Of a stretch of 64,000 nt of DNA, positions 41,736 through 55,429 are shown piece by piece. Numbering within the stretch: the first letter of the stretch is position 1; each line of letters begins with the position of its first letter. The translations under genes were made by a program, and so were the position numbers. Below the pieces are notes generated by a model. That model saw nothing but the letters and a program-made list of their open reading frames with translations. It had not been told where the DNA came from and did no database searches. Origin of the DNA: Octopus vulgaris (lineage: Eukaryota); assembly GCA_951406725.2 (NCBI GenBank), contig OX597828.1, forward strand, positions 30,442,001 through 30,506,000, written 5' to 3'.

Positions 41736-42637
41736 ATAAGAAATACACACACGCACACACACACATATATTATATATATATATACATAAGTGTGTGTGTG
41801 TGTGTATGTGTGTGTGTATGTGTGTGTGTATGTGTGTGTGTGTGAGTATGTGTGTGTGCGTGTGTGTGTGTGAGTATGTTTATATATATATATATGAGTG
41901 GATTTGGCCTATCGTGTATATATATTTATACAACGCTATTGTTCTGGAGAAATACACTGCAGAGTAATAAGAGTCTTGTATAAATACTACTACTACTACT
42001 ACTACTACTAATAATAAAAATAATGATGATGATGATGATGAAGTTGATGATGACGATGATGATAATAATAATAATAAATATTTTTGCTTCATTCATTTCA
42101 GAACGCGGTAATACATCAATATTATATTCTTAATAAAAGCATGAAGAGATAGCAGCTTGTTTTATAAAAGTTAGATGAACACACATCATTACAATAGAAA
42201 CGACCAAACAAAAACGAAGGATAACTAAATCAGATAAATATTTTTTGTAGGTAATATTTCCTTCATAAATGAGCCCATATTGATGTAGTACAAAACGAAC
42301 ACGAAAGTAAATACATAAAAGCAAGCTTTGATTTCCTTGCACAAGCAGCCCGCGGCAATATTCATATTACCTATAAGAGTTACTATCAAATACTAGGCTT
42401 TCTCCTTCGAGTTTTTTCTCTTTTTTTTTTATAGATAATAACGATCACCAACCTTTGAAAATATGTAGGATCAAGAATAGATCAGTAGTAAAAATAAAAA
42501 CATTTTGATCGGAAATGTATTCTAGATCCTGCTGCGAAATTAAACTTTGAGCAACATGTTACGTTTAAAGATATGTGTGTGGGTATAAACATATGTGTAT
42601 AGACATATATATATATATATATATACATAAATACATG

Positions 42638-42668
<31 letters not shown>

Positions 42669-42809
42669 TTTTTATTATAAATATATGTATATATATATAT
42701 ATATATATATACATACATACATATATACATATATATATATATACATACATACATACACACACACGCATGTGTGTGTGTGTCTGTGTGTCTGTATGTATGT
42801 ATTACTCTT

Positions 42810-43170
42810 TAATCTAATGGATGAATTTTTCCTCACTCAATTGATGCTGGAACCAACAAGACAGAATAAAACGATCTTGGATTTAATATTAACCAAGCAC
42901 TGTAGCTTCGTTCACAGTATTTCAGTTGAAAAACTTTCCTCTCAGTCCAACACATTATACTCTGCAACTTTAATTCCCGGCTTATAAAAACCAAACCAGC
43001 CAATCCCACTACAATGCACTTATTTGACGACATAAACTTCCATAAAGCCGACTGGGGAGTAATCAGACAGGATCTATCATTCATATATTGGTCCTTTACT
43101 CTCATTTCCACTGACATTGAGATAGCATGGCAGCACTTTCAAGACATTGTCACTATGCATACTGAAAATA
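42810..43170 (+). mobile_element. LINE (CR1/L2/Jockey-like) APE endonuclease C-terminus and linker fragment
   Basis: Peptides FLTQLMLEPTRQNKTILDLILT and [27 protein letters not shown]. Confidence 0.8.
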
Positions 43171-43281
43171 GGCTCCTCCGAAATCCACAAACAGATACAT
43201 ATGTATATACGTACATATATGTATGCATATGTATATATCTATGTATGTATGTATGTACATCCATATCTATATATCTATATG

Positions 43282-43321
<40 letters not shown>

Positions 43322-43469
43322 GTGAAATAGAAAGATGAATAATCTTGTAGTAGATTAATCAAAGTTTAACCGATACCTTAGTAGCAAAAATCACAGCAGT
43401 AAAACAGCACGGTTGGAGGTACAACCATATGGTGTTGCAACCGTGCGTTGGTGCGGATATTGAAATTAG

Positions 43470-43677
43470 AACATATTGGTGAATTGAAGAAATGGAGCTG
43501 AACGCAGATTGAACAGAAATCGTTTTATTTCATTCTACACGTGTTTCGAAAGGCACAAATTACCAAATTACCATCGGATTTTGGTAATTTGTGCCTTTCA
43601 GAAACACGTGTAGAATGAAATAAAACGATTTCTGTTCAATCTGCGTTCAGCTCCATTTCTTCAATTCACCAATAATG

Positions 43678-43679
<2 letters not shown>
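43470..43679. repeat. Near-perfect palindrome (arms ~100 bp, 12-nt loop)
   Basis: 43470-43567 is the reverse complement of 43580-43679 apart from two single-base indels. The loop is TTACCATCGGAT. Confidence 0.97.
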
Positions 43680-43736
<57 letters not shown>

Positions 43737-43738
<2 letters not shown>

Positions 43739-43897
43739 CGCAGGAGTGTGTATGCGGTAAGAAGCTTGCTTCCCAATCACGTGGTTATGGGTTCAGTCCC
43801 CCTGCATGGCACCTTGGGTAGGTGTCTTCTTCTATATCCTCGGGTCGACCAAGCCTTGTGAGTGGATTTGGTAGCCGGAAACTGAAAGAAGCCCGTC

Positions 43898-43940
<43 letters not shown>

Positions 43941-44155
43941 AGTGTTTCTTGTTTGTGTCTGTGTTTGTTACCCCACCATCGCTTGACAACCGATATTGGT
44001 ACGTTTACTTCACCGTCACCAGCGGTTCGACAAAATGAGACCGCTAGAATAAGTACTATACTTACAAAGAATAAATACTTGGGTTGATTTATTCGGCGAA
44101 ATGTGTTGCTCCAGGTTGGCCATAGTCAAATGAGTGAAACAAGTAAAAGTAAATG
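43737..44155 (+). mobile_element. SINE family A, full length
   Basis: Head with GGTAAG..GGTTCAGTCCC, family core, internal TA tract and tail. Confidence 0.92.
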
Positions 44156-44156
44156 A

Positions 44157-44259
<103 letters not shown>

Positions 44260-44813
44260 TATATATAAATGGATATATGTGAAAAGGCTTCGTTGGCCAG
44301 ATTTTTCCCTTTTATGGTGCGAAGTGGTGAGAAAATATAGGAGGAAAAGGTAAAGGCACAGAATGAATGTATGTTTTAGGATAACAAACATATACGTAGT
44401 CAGCCGGTGTCGCTTTTGCTAATCATGACTAAGAAGATATTGAAAGTATTCACTGAAGGTAATAATTTCATTATTTACTTCCTTGTAAGTTATTACGTAT
44501 GATTCTCTATTTTAAATCATAACAGAAACATTTTGTGCATTTTCCTTGTATACATTCTACTATAATTGTTTATGTGCGCGTCTGTGTATCTGTGTCTGTG
44601 TATGAATATATATAAACCTCCATACAAATTATGGCGTTTAGTTCTCAGTTGATTTAAACGATTAGGTACGCTAGGTAAATGCTGAAAGGGATTACTGGGA
44701 CTGCAAGGTTATAGCCGAGACGATAGTTTTGGAGCCATTGCAGATTTCCTATGCAGCATATATATAATTGTTAAATAGGCCGTCAAATATTAAGGCAAGG
44801 CAAACGCCCAAAG

Positions 44814-44866
<53 letters not shown>

Positions 44867-44989
44867 AGTATATTTATAACTATATATATGTATATGTATA
44901 AAATAGTGTACATTTAAACAGACGAGAAGCTACCTTCAATAGGCAGCTTCACACGCCAGAAGAAGCAGTCAAAACGAGTATATGTGTGC

Positions 44990-45033
<44 letters not shown>

Positions 45034-46002
45034 ATGTGTGTGTGTGTATATATTTATATCTATATTCATATGTATGTTTGTAAGAATATTTGTGCGTAGG
45101 CGTGTGTAGACGTGTGAATGCATGTGTATATGCATATATATGTGCACGTCTTTTCGTGTGCATATGTTAGTGTGCGTGTGTATGTGTGTGCACGCGCGTG
45201 CGTTTGCTTGTGTGTATATACGAATGTGAGTTTTTATTTAGGGGTATGTTTGGAATTTAGCATTCTTTAAAATATTTAAAATATTTCACGTTCACCATCA
45301 TAACTAGAAATCTATTCAAAATTTTGTTGACGTTTGTTCCTAGATGATTCTGTTTAAATACGATACTTGTCATCCGACACTATATTTAATGACCATCGTC
45401 TAAATGGCAATATAATAATAATGATAATTTAATTAAGAATTTAATGTCAATTTATGAAAATGAACAGAAGTGTAACATTTTACCGTTAATCTATTTAAGG
45501 CTTTCATTGAAACCAATATTGTAACGGTAAGACCATATCGGTTTTTTCAGATTACCTTAATTTTAGTTCTTAGGATAATTTTTATTATAACCTTCTGTTA
45601 ATATTTTTACAGTTTTATGTAAACTCCTATAACAGGCGCAATATATATTAGATTGTTGTAGAAAAAGAGATAAGACCTGCTAAAAAAATTGTACAGTATG
45701 AAAAAGATGTTGTAATGTCCATTATATGTATTCACACAAACACACAGAGACACACTTCGAGATAGCATGTGCGCATGAATTTATCATCCAAACTGTGCAT
45801 CTGTGTAATCCAGTAATCAAATTTATATATGTACATATTTTACATTAAACGAACAAACTCTTACGAATAAGTTGAGTTCTTGGTTCCACACGTTTGTACG
45901 TGAATGTATATATCTAACATGAATCTATTATATTTATGTGATTATTAACGTTCATAAAATATATTTCTCATTTATAAATAAATATATATATATATATATA
46001 TA

Positions 46003-47260
46003 TTGATTGATTGATTGATTGATTGATTCTAGTTTTAGCCTATGAGCTGTGGCCATGCTGGGGCACCGCCATTTGGTGTTGCTACTTGGTTTCACTTCAT
46101 GGAGGCTTTCTAGCAACTGCTATTTGGTGCATGAGAGAGTTCGATGCAGCTGCCCTCATCTGCCCCTCCTGCCGTGAAGTTGGTTCATCTGGGACACCTG
46201 ACAGGAAGAGATCCAGCTTCATTTTAAAGACATCTGTATCCACCCCATGCAGGTCTCTCAGGTTCTTCGGGAGGATATTGAAGAGCTGTGGGCCTCGGAA
46301 GCCCAGGCTATCACAGAATCTTGTCCTACATCTTGATGGCAGGTTTGGAGTCCTAGGCACCACGCAATGGCGCCCAGTTCTGGCATTTGCGTAACTCTCG
46401 ATGCCAAAGTTCAGGACACTTCCCTCCAGGATCTTCCAGATGTATATTATGGTATATCTTTCCCGCCTACGCTCCAGGGAATATAATTTTAATCTCTTGA
46501 GTCTTTCCCAGTAGCTTACATTCTGCATAGAGGCTATCTTCTTTGTGTAGCTTCGTTGGATCGCCTCAAGTTCTGTGATCAACTTGACACTGGATGGTGA
46601 CCATAGCTGAGAGCAATAGTCAAAGTGGCTTAGGACAAGTGTCTTCCAGAGGACCATCATGGTTTCTTGTTCTCTTGTTCTAAAGGTTCTAAGAATCCAT
46701 CCAGCCAGCCGTCTACATTTCATTGTCAGTTTAGCAACATGTACATGAAAGGTCGCGTCATCACTCATGTGAATACCCAGGTCACGCACTGATTGTGCCT
46801 CTGGGATTGCAATCCCTCCGGGTCCAGTGTATTCATTGGGTATTGCATTCAGTTTTGCATGCTGATAGTATAAAGCTTGAAACTTTCCAGCATTGAACTG
46901 CATGCTATTGTTTTTAGCCCACTTGTATATTTCGTCCAGCTCACATTGCAGGTGTTTAGTGTCCTCAGGGTTCTGTATTGCCTGTGAAACTTTTGTATCG
47001 TCTGCATAACTTGTGATCGTGGCTCTCTGCGTGGCTGAGGGCATGTCTGAGAGGGCCATTATGAACAGTAGTGGTCCCAGAACAGTGCCCTGCGGAACAC
47101 CGCTCACTATTTGTGTGTTAATGGAGGTGGCCCCATTGGCTACTACCATCTGACTTCTATCCTTCAGAAAGTCATGAAGCCATTCTCCCAGTTTTCCAAC
47201 TATGTTGAGATCACGCAGTTTGTGACATATCATTCCATGATCGACTTTATCAAAGGCCTT

Positions 47261-47263
<3 letters not shown>
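46003..47263 (-). mobile_element. 5'-truncated CR1/L2-group LINE with uninterrupted RT-to-C-terminus frame, 3' UTR and (AATC)n tail
   Basis: Motifs AKAFDKVDH, SGVPQGTVLGPLLF, YADDTK, RDLGI and LYSLERRRERY are open from 47263 to the stop at 46097. (TA)n on both sides. The N-terminus of the listed 424-aa ORF is microsatellite-derived. Confidence 0.95.
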
Positions 47264-47320
<57 letters not shown>

Positions 47321-47779
47321 CATACACAGACACAAACACAGGTACACAGACTCTGACAAACGCACATACACACAAAGCCCATGTATGTATAGCAGAAAGT
47401 GTTCAAGGAAGAAAAATGCAGAAAATGTTTCTTTTGTTGAGATAAAATATTTACGTAATCAAACGAAGTAAACCACGATCAAAGAAATTATTACAATTTC
47501 ATGACTCAGGAAGGCCCAAGTCAAAAGTAGAACTTTACTACTACTAACATAAACATAACGCACATTATGATATCATGAAATTGTAATACTTTCAATATCC
47601 TCTTAGTCATGATTAGCAAAATCGACACCTTCAGACTGAGTAGATGTTTTTTTTAATTATAAAACATACACACAGACACATACACAGAAACACACACACG
47701 CACACACACACACACACACACGCCCACACATATGCACATACACACACACATACACACATACACACACGCGCATATACAT

Positions 47780-47990
47780 ATAGTTAATGCAAACATGAAC
47801 AGAGAGAAAACACAACGCGAGGACGTGGAATAAGTATAGTGTTATTGGACGCCCAGGAAAAGAAAGAAAGAAAGAAAGAAGGAGGATTTAACGTTTCGTG
47901 CGGAGCGCTTCGTCACAAACATAGAAAAAGGAAAGATCCAAGGAAGGGAAGACGGAGAAAGAAAATCGCCAACGATACACACGCGGTCAC

Positions 47991-47992
<2 letters not shown>
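47780..47992 (-). mobile_element. Short hammerhead-bearing element, same family as 16205-16440
   Basis: Minus strand GTTT-GTGACGA-A-GCGC(TCC)GCAC-GAAA-CGTT-AAAT (47920-47886). Flanked by (CA)n and (TA)n. Confidence 0.7.
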
Positions 47993-48049
<57 letters not shown>

Positions 48050-48989
48050 CTGTTAGAAAATTGGTATGTCTAACTGCAATTCACTATTTGTAGGTCATAG
48101 TAATTAATTTAAGTCGCTTTCCAAAACGAAGTTTGGATCATTTATCCTAGAACATATCAAGTAACTGCTTCACAGAGTTTTGGTATATTAGTGCATAGTG
48201 GCAGAGAAACTAACATTTCCTTCCCTCGAACATGCATCTGTAGATTATAAGTATTATGTAGACATTTAAGGCCTGGCTTTGTGTATACCTCTATTCTATA
48301 CATTCTCGCACCACTCACCTTGTGGTAGAAATGTTCAAGTCGTTCAGAATTCGCTTTGAATCGATGACGCTGCAATATTGTTTTCGTGCATATAAAGGCT
48401 TGGACTTCGATATATTCTTCAAGGCATATATAGAAAGCGGCCTCTTGAATGCATTTCCTTAAAAAATAGCACTTACAATAACAATATCAGTAACAACTGC
48501 AACAACAGCAACTACAGCAACAGCAGCCACAACTGTAGAACCACCAGCAGCAACAGCAACAACAATAGCAGGTACAACAATGAATATAAAAATATTCTCT
48601 AATAATAAATACCAAAACGGTTTTCTGTGTATCAGTGTGTCACACTTTACCCGTCTCTAACTATTCAAAAATACTTTTACTCTTCCTCTTACTGGATGAG
48701 AGTTATAGTAGACATAGAGACGGTGAGGGCTGTAGTATATTAACTGTTGTCATGGTAATGGGGTGATAGTAATAGTGATAGAGGCTGAGGCGATTGTGAC
48801 GATGGTGGTGGTGACGCTAGCCGCGGCAGTCAGGGATAGTAAGTGATATGAAAGACAGTGGTGATGATGGTGCAGGGGAAAGCGGCGAAGTCAAATGTAT
48901 TGATGGTGGTGGTGTCAGAAATCTGAATGGCGTGTGTATGGCAGCTGCAGTGACGATGGTAGTGGTACTTGTGATGGTTGAAAACATTC

Positions 48990-49026
<37 letters not shown>

Positions 49027-49559
49027 TAGAAAGAAAGAGGTGAGACAGAAAAGAATTGTACTGAACCCCGAATGGGAAGACAAAATATAATGTTTATCAT
49101 GCAGCTTTGCAATAAGTTCCAAGTACAAATTGTATCATATTAGGGCGGCTTTTAAGCTGTTTTGTAATATAAACGCTTGGTGAGTCACTGTCGGTCACGC
49201 AATAGGAAAATATCCGACGAGGTAAGTGTGAGTGAAAGTCAGAGGTGTCTAACTACAGGCAAACTGTTACGAGCTCTAAATTCACAAACATTTTCGTGAA
49301 TATAATTTATATCGTGAATCATAGCTATCAATTTCCCCCACCCACACAAATACACACACACACACACACACACACATTCACATACGCGCAAACACACGCA
49401 CACACACACCACATATGCACAAATATGCATACGTGTTACATCAATAAAATGATTCCACGGATCTAAACATAGGTGCGTATGCACACAAATTCATAGCATA
49501 CACACATATGTATGCACGTGCATAGAGGTAAATGCATAAGTATGCGTATGTATGAGAAT

Positions 49560-49995
49560 TTATTGAGGTAAAACATTCTGAAGTTGTGTTGTGTGATAAT
49601 GGCGCAAATATCGATGTGCTCTCTTAATCCTATTTTTCCGTATTCTCGTACTTTTCTGTATTCTCGTATTTTTATCTGGGGTTTATCTAACGCCATCCTC
49701 TGGCGTAAACTGTTTTTAATTTGACCAATATATTGTTCTTGACACCCTCAGCAAGTTAGTACATATATTAGGTTTAACGAGGCACATGTGAAGTTGTTTT
49801 TCACTGTGAAATGTTGATCCTGTTTGAAAGAGAAGTTCGATCCCTCAGTTAGGTTGACACATATACCACAATTATGTTTTACTGTCTGTGTCGAAGTTGT
49901 TGACCAGTGTACTCGGGCCTGTGTTAGAAGACTTTTCATTGATTTGGACTGTCTTTTGCTCTTTATTATGGTGTGTGTTGGAAGGATTTGATCCA
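49560..49995 (-). mobile_element. Penelope-like (Neptune-type, Cys-rich linker) GIY-YIG endonuclease fragment
   Basis: Peptide SKRQSKSMKSLLTQA..CGICVNL..FTCASLNLIYVLTC*GCQEQYIGQ..LRQRM..EHIDICA..NFRMF, in one frame with a single internal stop. Confidence 0.88.
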
Positions 49996-50106
49996 TGTTA
50001 TGTTCCCTGTTTAGTACGCCGCTACACACAACAAACCCCAACACATACCCAAGGTACACAGAGCTGCACTCGGTAGTGCAGAGAAAGCAGGTGATAAAAA
50101 TGACTG

Positions 50107-50575
<469 letters not shown>

Positions 50576-51154
50576 TTGATTATTATCATGTTGATTATTA
50601 TTAGGGTTGCTGAAGCTAAGACAGAGAAAAAAGATGGCACACACCAATGCTACCAGTCGAAAGCTCTGCATACTGGAAACCAGCAAGTGTATGGTGTCGC
50701 CTGGAGAGAATGCACGCCGTTTTGGTGCCTACCTCTCCACGTCATCATTGCGCACCGGCCCCCTCACTGAAATGAGACCCCGCTTGCTTGGTCAGTTGGT
50801 TACCAGATATGCTCAATATTCTTCCAGACATCGCTCATCGTTTGTGTTTAACCAAATCCAGTGGCTTACCTTTTCCACTGTAGTTTGGATATCACGCTTG
50901 GTAGTATTTGCTTTACGATGAGTTAGGTCTAACGATTAACAACAATCGTCTCACACTGCGTCCAACGAATCGTCTACGTTCGACTTCGATTGGAAAATGC
51001 TCTAATTTCTAGCCTGTGTCTTCTCATCCCTCGAGGAGACTTAGATACCGCACAGTCGTTCGAGCCCGAGCGGCGTCCTTGTTATCTTCATGAGGAAATA
51101 TTAACTCCACTAGATTTACCAATTTCTTTCACACCATATTATTATAACTGTTTA

Positions 51155-51370
51155 AGACGGTGCGCTGGAAGAAACGTTAGCACACCGGGGGAAATGCTTA
51201 GCGGTATTTCGTCTTTCTTTACGTTCTGAGTTCAAATTCCGCTGAGGTGGACTAGGCCCTTCTTCCTTTCGGGGTCAATAAACTAAGTACCAGTTGCGTA
51301 CTGGGGTCGATCTAATATACGGCCCCCTCCCCACAAAATTTCGGGCCTGGTGCCTAGAGTAGAAAAGATT
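51155..51370 (+). mobile_element. SINE family B monomer, followed by a second truncated head at 51399-51435
   Basis: GAAACGTTAGCACACCGGGGGAAATGCTTAGCGGTATTTCGTC..GTGCCTAGAGTAGAAAAG. Confidence 0.9.
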
Positions 51371-51639
51371 ACTCTTCTTCTTATTGTTATTATTATTAAG
51401 GCGGCGAGCTGGCGGAGTTGGTAGCAAGCTGGACTAAATTATATACAGTTACATCGTAACTGGGATGAGAAAAAATCCTTGGCACCCTGGTAAATCTGCA
51501 GACACCCCAAAATAGCCGTTCCACTTTTCATTGCTCACAGAAAGTTTATTCTTCTTGAAACGGATATGCTGTCCTGAGCGCACGAAGCTAATGAAATGTC
51601 TAGTTGGTACTTTTAATGGTTTTCTTGCCAATATTGATG

Positions 51640-51815
51640 AGTGCGATTTGGTCTTAAATTTAGTGGAAAGGGAACAGTCGATTAAATCAACCACTGTGTT
51701 TGACTGGCGACTGCGAAAGGAGGAAAAGCAAAGTCTGCCTCGCCGGAAATGGAACTAAGAATGTGAGGACGGCTGAAATGCCGCTAAGCATTTTCCCCAG
51801 CGTGCTAACTCTTTT
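51640..51815 (-). mobile_element. Old SINE family B copy
   Basis: CCGCTAAGCATTT..CGTGCTAAC and GCAAAGTCTGCCTCG are the reverse complement of family B sequence. Confidence 0.7.
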
Positions 51816-51848
51816 ACCAGATCACCCAAATTAGTAATAATAATAATG

Positions 51849-51903
<55 letters not shown>

Positions 51904-51906
51904 TTA

Positions 51907-51947
<41 letters not shown>

Positions 51948-52215
51948 TCAATGATAATGATAATGATAATAGCAACTACAACATGCATTAAAGCAATTTC
52001 GCTCATATATAAAAGTTGTTAATACGGTTACTACTTAAAGTGTTCAAATAAATTTCGTATACTCACGTATATTCATTTATAGGTTTTCATTTTTTGCCCT
52101 TCTCCTTGTCATTTTCTTTACCTGTATGCCTGTATATATATATATATATATATAAACTATACATATATAAATATGTATACATGTAAATATATATATATAT
52201 ATATGCATGGAGGTG

Positions 52216-52259
<44 letters not shown>

Positions 52260-53449
52260 TGCAGGTATATATGCATATGTGTGTGTGTGTGTGTACGTAT
52301 TCACATATGTATACAAATACACACGCACATATACGTATATGACTTCAAAGTGAACATGTGTATATACCACTATATGAAACTGCATAATGCTGTTTATATT
52401 GAACTGCTTGCTCACTCTTATAAGTGTGTAAGTGAAACGAAGCACTCACTTCATTTAGAGCCACTTGATGTTTTTTCATCATTCTATGTTGTTTTAATGA
52501 GAACATTATGTTGAAACCTAATTTTTTTCGACTTTTATGTATTCCCATGTGTCCATGTATTTTTATTTTGGTTTGTATTTCTCATCATATGATGCTAATG
52601 CGTTTGGCTTTTTTCCGTTCTTTTAAACACTTCAAACTGATAAAATTAATGTCAGATAACAATCGAAATGATTCACCGCAAAGATGTTTGTTATCTGTTT
52701 TTCTCTTTGATATTTAATTTTGTTTCATTTATGTATAAAATCAATTTCACTTCACTTAAAGTCAATTAAATGCCATTTTTTTTCTTAAAATTTTAATCGA
52801 TGTAAATTTAAGAACGAGATATCCTATGTAATAAAGTATTTTATCATTCATTATTTTTTTTTAACAAATTCGTTTGCCTGAAAGTGAAAATTCTTAGATA
52901 CACCCGTAAAAGATGTAAGATCAAGAGAATCAATAATGACAATGATTGGAATTTTATAAGCGGCTCTCACGTCAGATATCCAGTTCGAAAACAAATTAAT
53001 AACAGCAAATTTTCTGTTGTTTATAATTGGTGCAATATTCGAAAACCTAAAAATTGAAATTTAAAAGAAAAAAACAATTCGACAATAAAACATGCAGAAA
53101 GAACATAGCTTGACGTTCGTGACTGCTTCCAACATACAGAACTATGCAATAACGTGCTGTAGTAGATTCAATTCACTAACACCATGCGCTTCAAGTTTTA
53201 CTGAAAATTATTTACTCATATATGTCAGTTCACCAGTGCAAATCTATCTACTATCATAAATGCATACATATACTAACATACACGTACGAACAGACAGACG
53301 TACACACATGCATATATACAATTGCCATGTGTACCTATGCAGTAATATGCTGCAGTAAATTCAGTTCACTGCCACTCTGCGTTTCAAGATTTACTGAGAT
53401 TTATTAAAATATATATGTCTATCGATCCACTAACATAAACGCATACACA

Positions 53450-53795
53450 CGCCTGGAACACTTTTTATTTGAATGAAGCGACTCCGGGACTCATTTTTGT
53501 TTTAAGCCTGGTATTTATTCCATCAGAATATTTTGCCGAACCTCTATGTAAGGGAGACGTAAACAAACTGAAAGCAGACACAAAAATTCACACACAAACA
53601 CACACACACATACACACACACAAATACACACACACACAAACACACGCATGCATATACACACATTCACATGCATATATATACACACATACACATACATAAA
53701 TATATGTATGTATTTATGTATGTATATAAAGGCAGGCTTCCTTCAGTTTCAGCCTATCAAATTCACGCCAAAACGTTTGGTCACCTGGCGGCTAT
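53450..53795 (-). mobile_element. Old SINE family A copy
   Basis: TTTTGCCGAACC..GACGTAAACAAAC, a (CA)n tract and GGCTTCCTTCAGTTTC. Confidence 0.65.
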
Positions 53796-53845
53796 TGGAG
53801 AGCATATATGCATACACTTATATATATATATATATATATATATAT

Positions 53846-54329
53846 GCCTTAAAGCCTTGAAACTCTACTCTCTCCAGCTTTGCCGTGAGCGGTATATCAT
53901 TTGTACGATGTGGAGAATATACCGCCAACTTTGCCCAAACGACCTGAACATTAGCTTCAAGGTTCATCCAGGACTGGGACCACGGGCCATACGTCCCCTG
54001 CCCAATTCAAGATCACAGCATACATGTACACTGCAACATAATTTCTTTTCCTCAACAGGCCCTGCCCTATTTAACATTGTCCCGAAAGAGAACAAAGAGG
54101 AACATGATCCCATCAACTTTAAACGGAGTCTGGATAGATTCCTTCAAGAAATGCCAGATAAGCCACCAATAATTGGATACAACTTACCCAACAAAAACTC
54201 ACTACTTGAATGGACCATAAACAAAACTTGACTTAAACAGGTTTCAAATAATCCTATGAGGTGGTGCTATTAAGTTAGACATGGCCTGGGCCAATCTTTG
54301 GTCGAAACATATCTAAGTTTATCTAAGTT

Positions 54330-54332
<3 letters not shown>
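53846..54332 (+). mobile_element. CR1/L2-group LINE 3' end, related to but distinct from 46003-47263
   Basis: Peptide LKALKLYSLQLCRERYII..GPALFNIVPK..FKRSLDRFLQEMPDKP aligns with the C-terminus of the 46097 ORF. TATCTAAGTT x2 tail. Begins at a (TA)n tract. Confidence 0.88.
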
Positions 54333-54384
<52 letters not shown>

Positions 54385-54648
54385 TGACAATCTCTTCAAA
54401 ATGGGGTCATAACCATGAAATGTTGAATACAATGTAAGTCTACATTAATTCATATATTTGTTGTCTTGTGATTTGCCTTGCATTTCCTACGTGTTCTGGC
54501 CTTAGACATGATCTTTATATAATATGTTTATATATATATATATATATACATATGTATGTATGTATATATATATATATATAAATATATATATATTTGTGTA
54601 TATATATATATATACATGCATATACATACATGTATACATTCATACATA

Positions 54649-54714
<66 letters not shown>

Positions 54715-54724
54715 TATATAGTGT

Positions 54725-54962
54725 GGAGGCGCAATGGCCCAATGGTTAAGGCAGTGGACTTGCGGTTTCGATTCCTAGACCGGGCATTGTGTTTATTTAG
54801 CGAAAAAACCTAAGACCCCACGAGGCTCTGGCAGGATGTGGTGGTGAACCCTGTTGTTCTCTTTCACGACAAATTTCTCTCACTTTCTCTCCCTGTTTCT
54901 GTTGTACCTGTATTGCGAAGACCGAGCGTTGTCACATTGTGTATCAGTCTGAATCTCCCTGC
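54725..54962 (+). mobile_element. SINE family C variant (same head and body as 32358, different 3' part)
   Basis: GGAGGCGCAATGGCCCAATGGTTAAGGCAG..CCACGAGGCTCTGGCAGG. It diverges from the 32358 copy after the CT-rich stretch. Confidence 0.85.
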
Positions 54963-54964
54963 GA

Positions 54965-55175
54965 GCTCCTTGTGATTCGAGTGAACGTGACAACTCAACG
55001 CAGTAATTGGCAATTCTCGAGTCGTCAACAACAGATTTTATAGATTTGTAAGTACGTCCATCTCCTGGCAGAACTTTCTCGAGTCTTGAATTTAAATTAT
55101 TCACTGTGATATTCTTTGGTGCCATGATTTCTCTTTCGCACAACCATTGTCAACGTCATATATTCGTGTAATGAA
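54965..55175 (-). mobile_element. Helitron PIF1-like helicase fragment 1
   Basis: Peptide [42 protein letters not shown]. Confidence 0.8.
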
Positions 55176-55429
55176 TGTTATTTGTATTTTTGTTTGTTTT
55201 AATAATTCAATTCAATAAATTATTGTGCGTTTAAACCTTAGACCGGTAATTTATTTGATCGGAAGTTTAAAGAATGTTAAATGAAATAAATATATATATA
55301 TTCTGATAAAAAATATATTTTCAGAAAATTCTATCAGATGACGTGAGTATAAACAAACTTATTAAAAAAATCCTGGAATCAGTTACAGTTTAATTTTGTA
55401 GAACATCTATACAATGCTTTCAGAATGTC

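Noticed and set aside
44915-44960. CAGACGA plus GAAGCTACCT/AGGCAGCTTC hairpin
   Set aside because: The hairpin is real, but both hammerhead core segments would have to be mutated.
46097-47371. 424-aa ORF as a functional gene
   Set aside because: The start and first ~36 aa come from (TG)/(TA) repeats. The rest is a 5'-truncated LINE RT lacking the endonuclease and the N-terminal RT motifs.
48480-48990. CAA/CAG-rich and GGT/GAT-rich tracts as polyQ/T coding exons
   Set aside because: These are degenerate trinucleotide low-complexity sequences without convincing splice sites or a sustained frame.
49748-49750. In-frame TGA in LTC*GC of the PLE endonuclease as possible selenocysteine (reported for some PLEs)
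   Set aside because: The TGA sits at an x position of an intact CxxC rather than replacing a Cys. No SECIS was identified and the copy is a truncated fragment, so a nonsense mutation is simpler.
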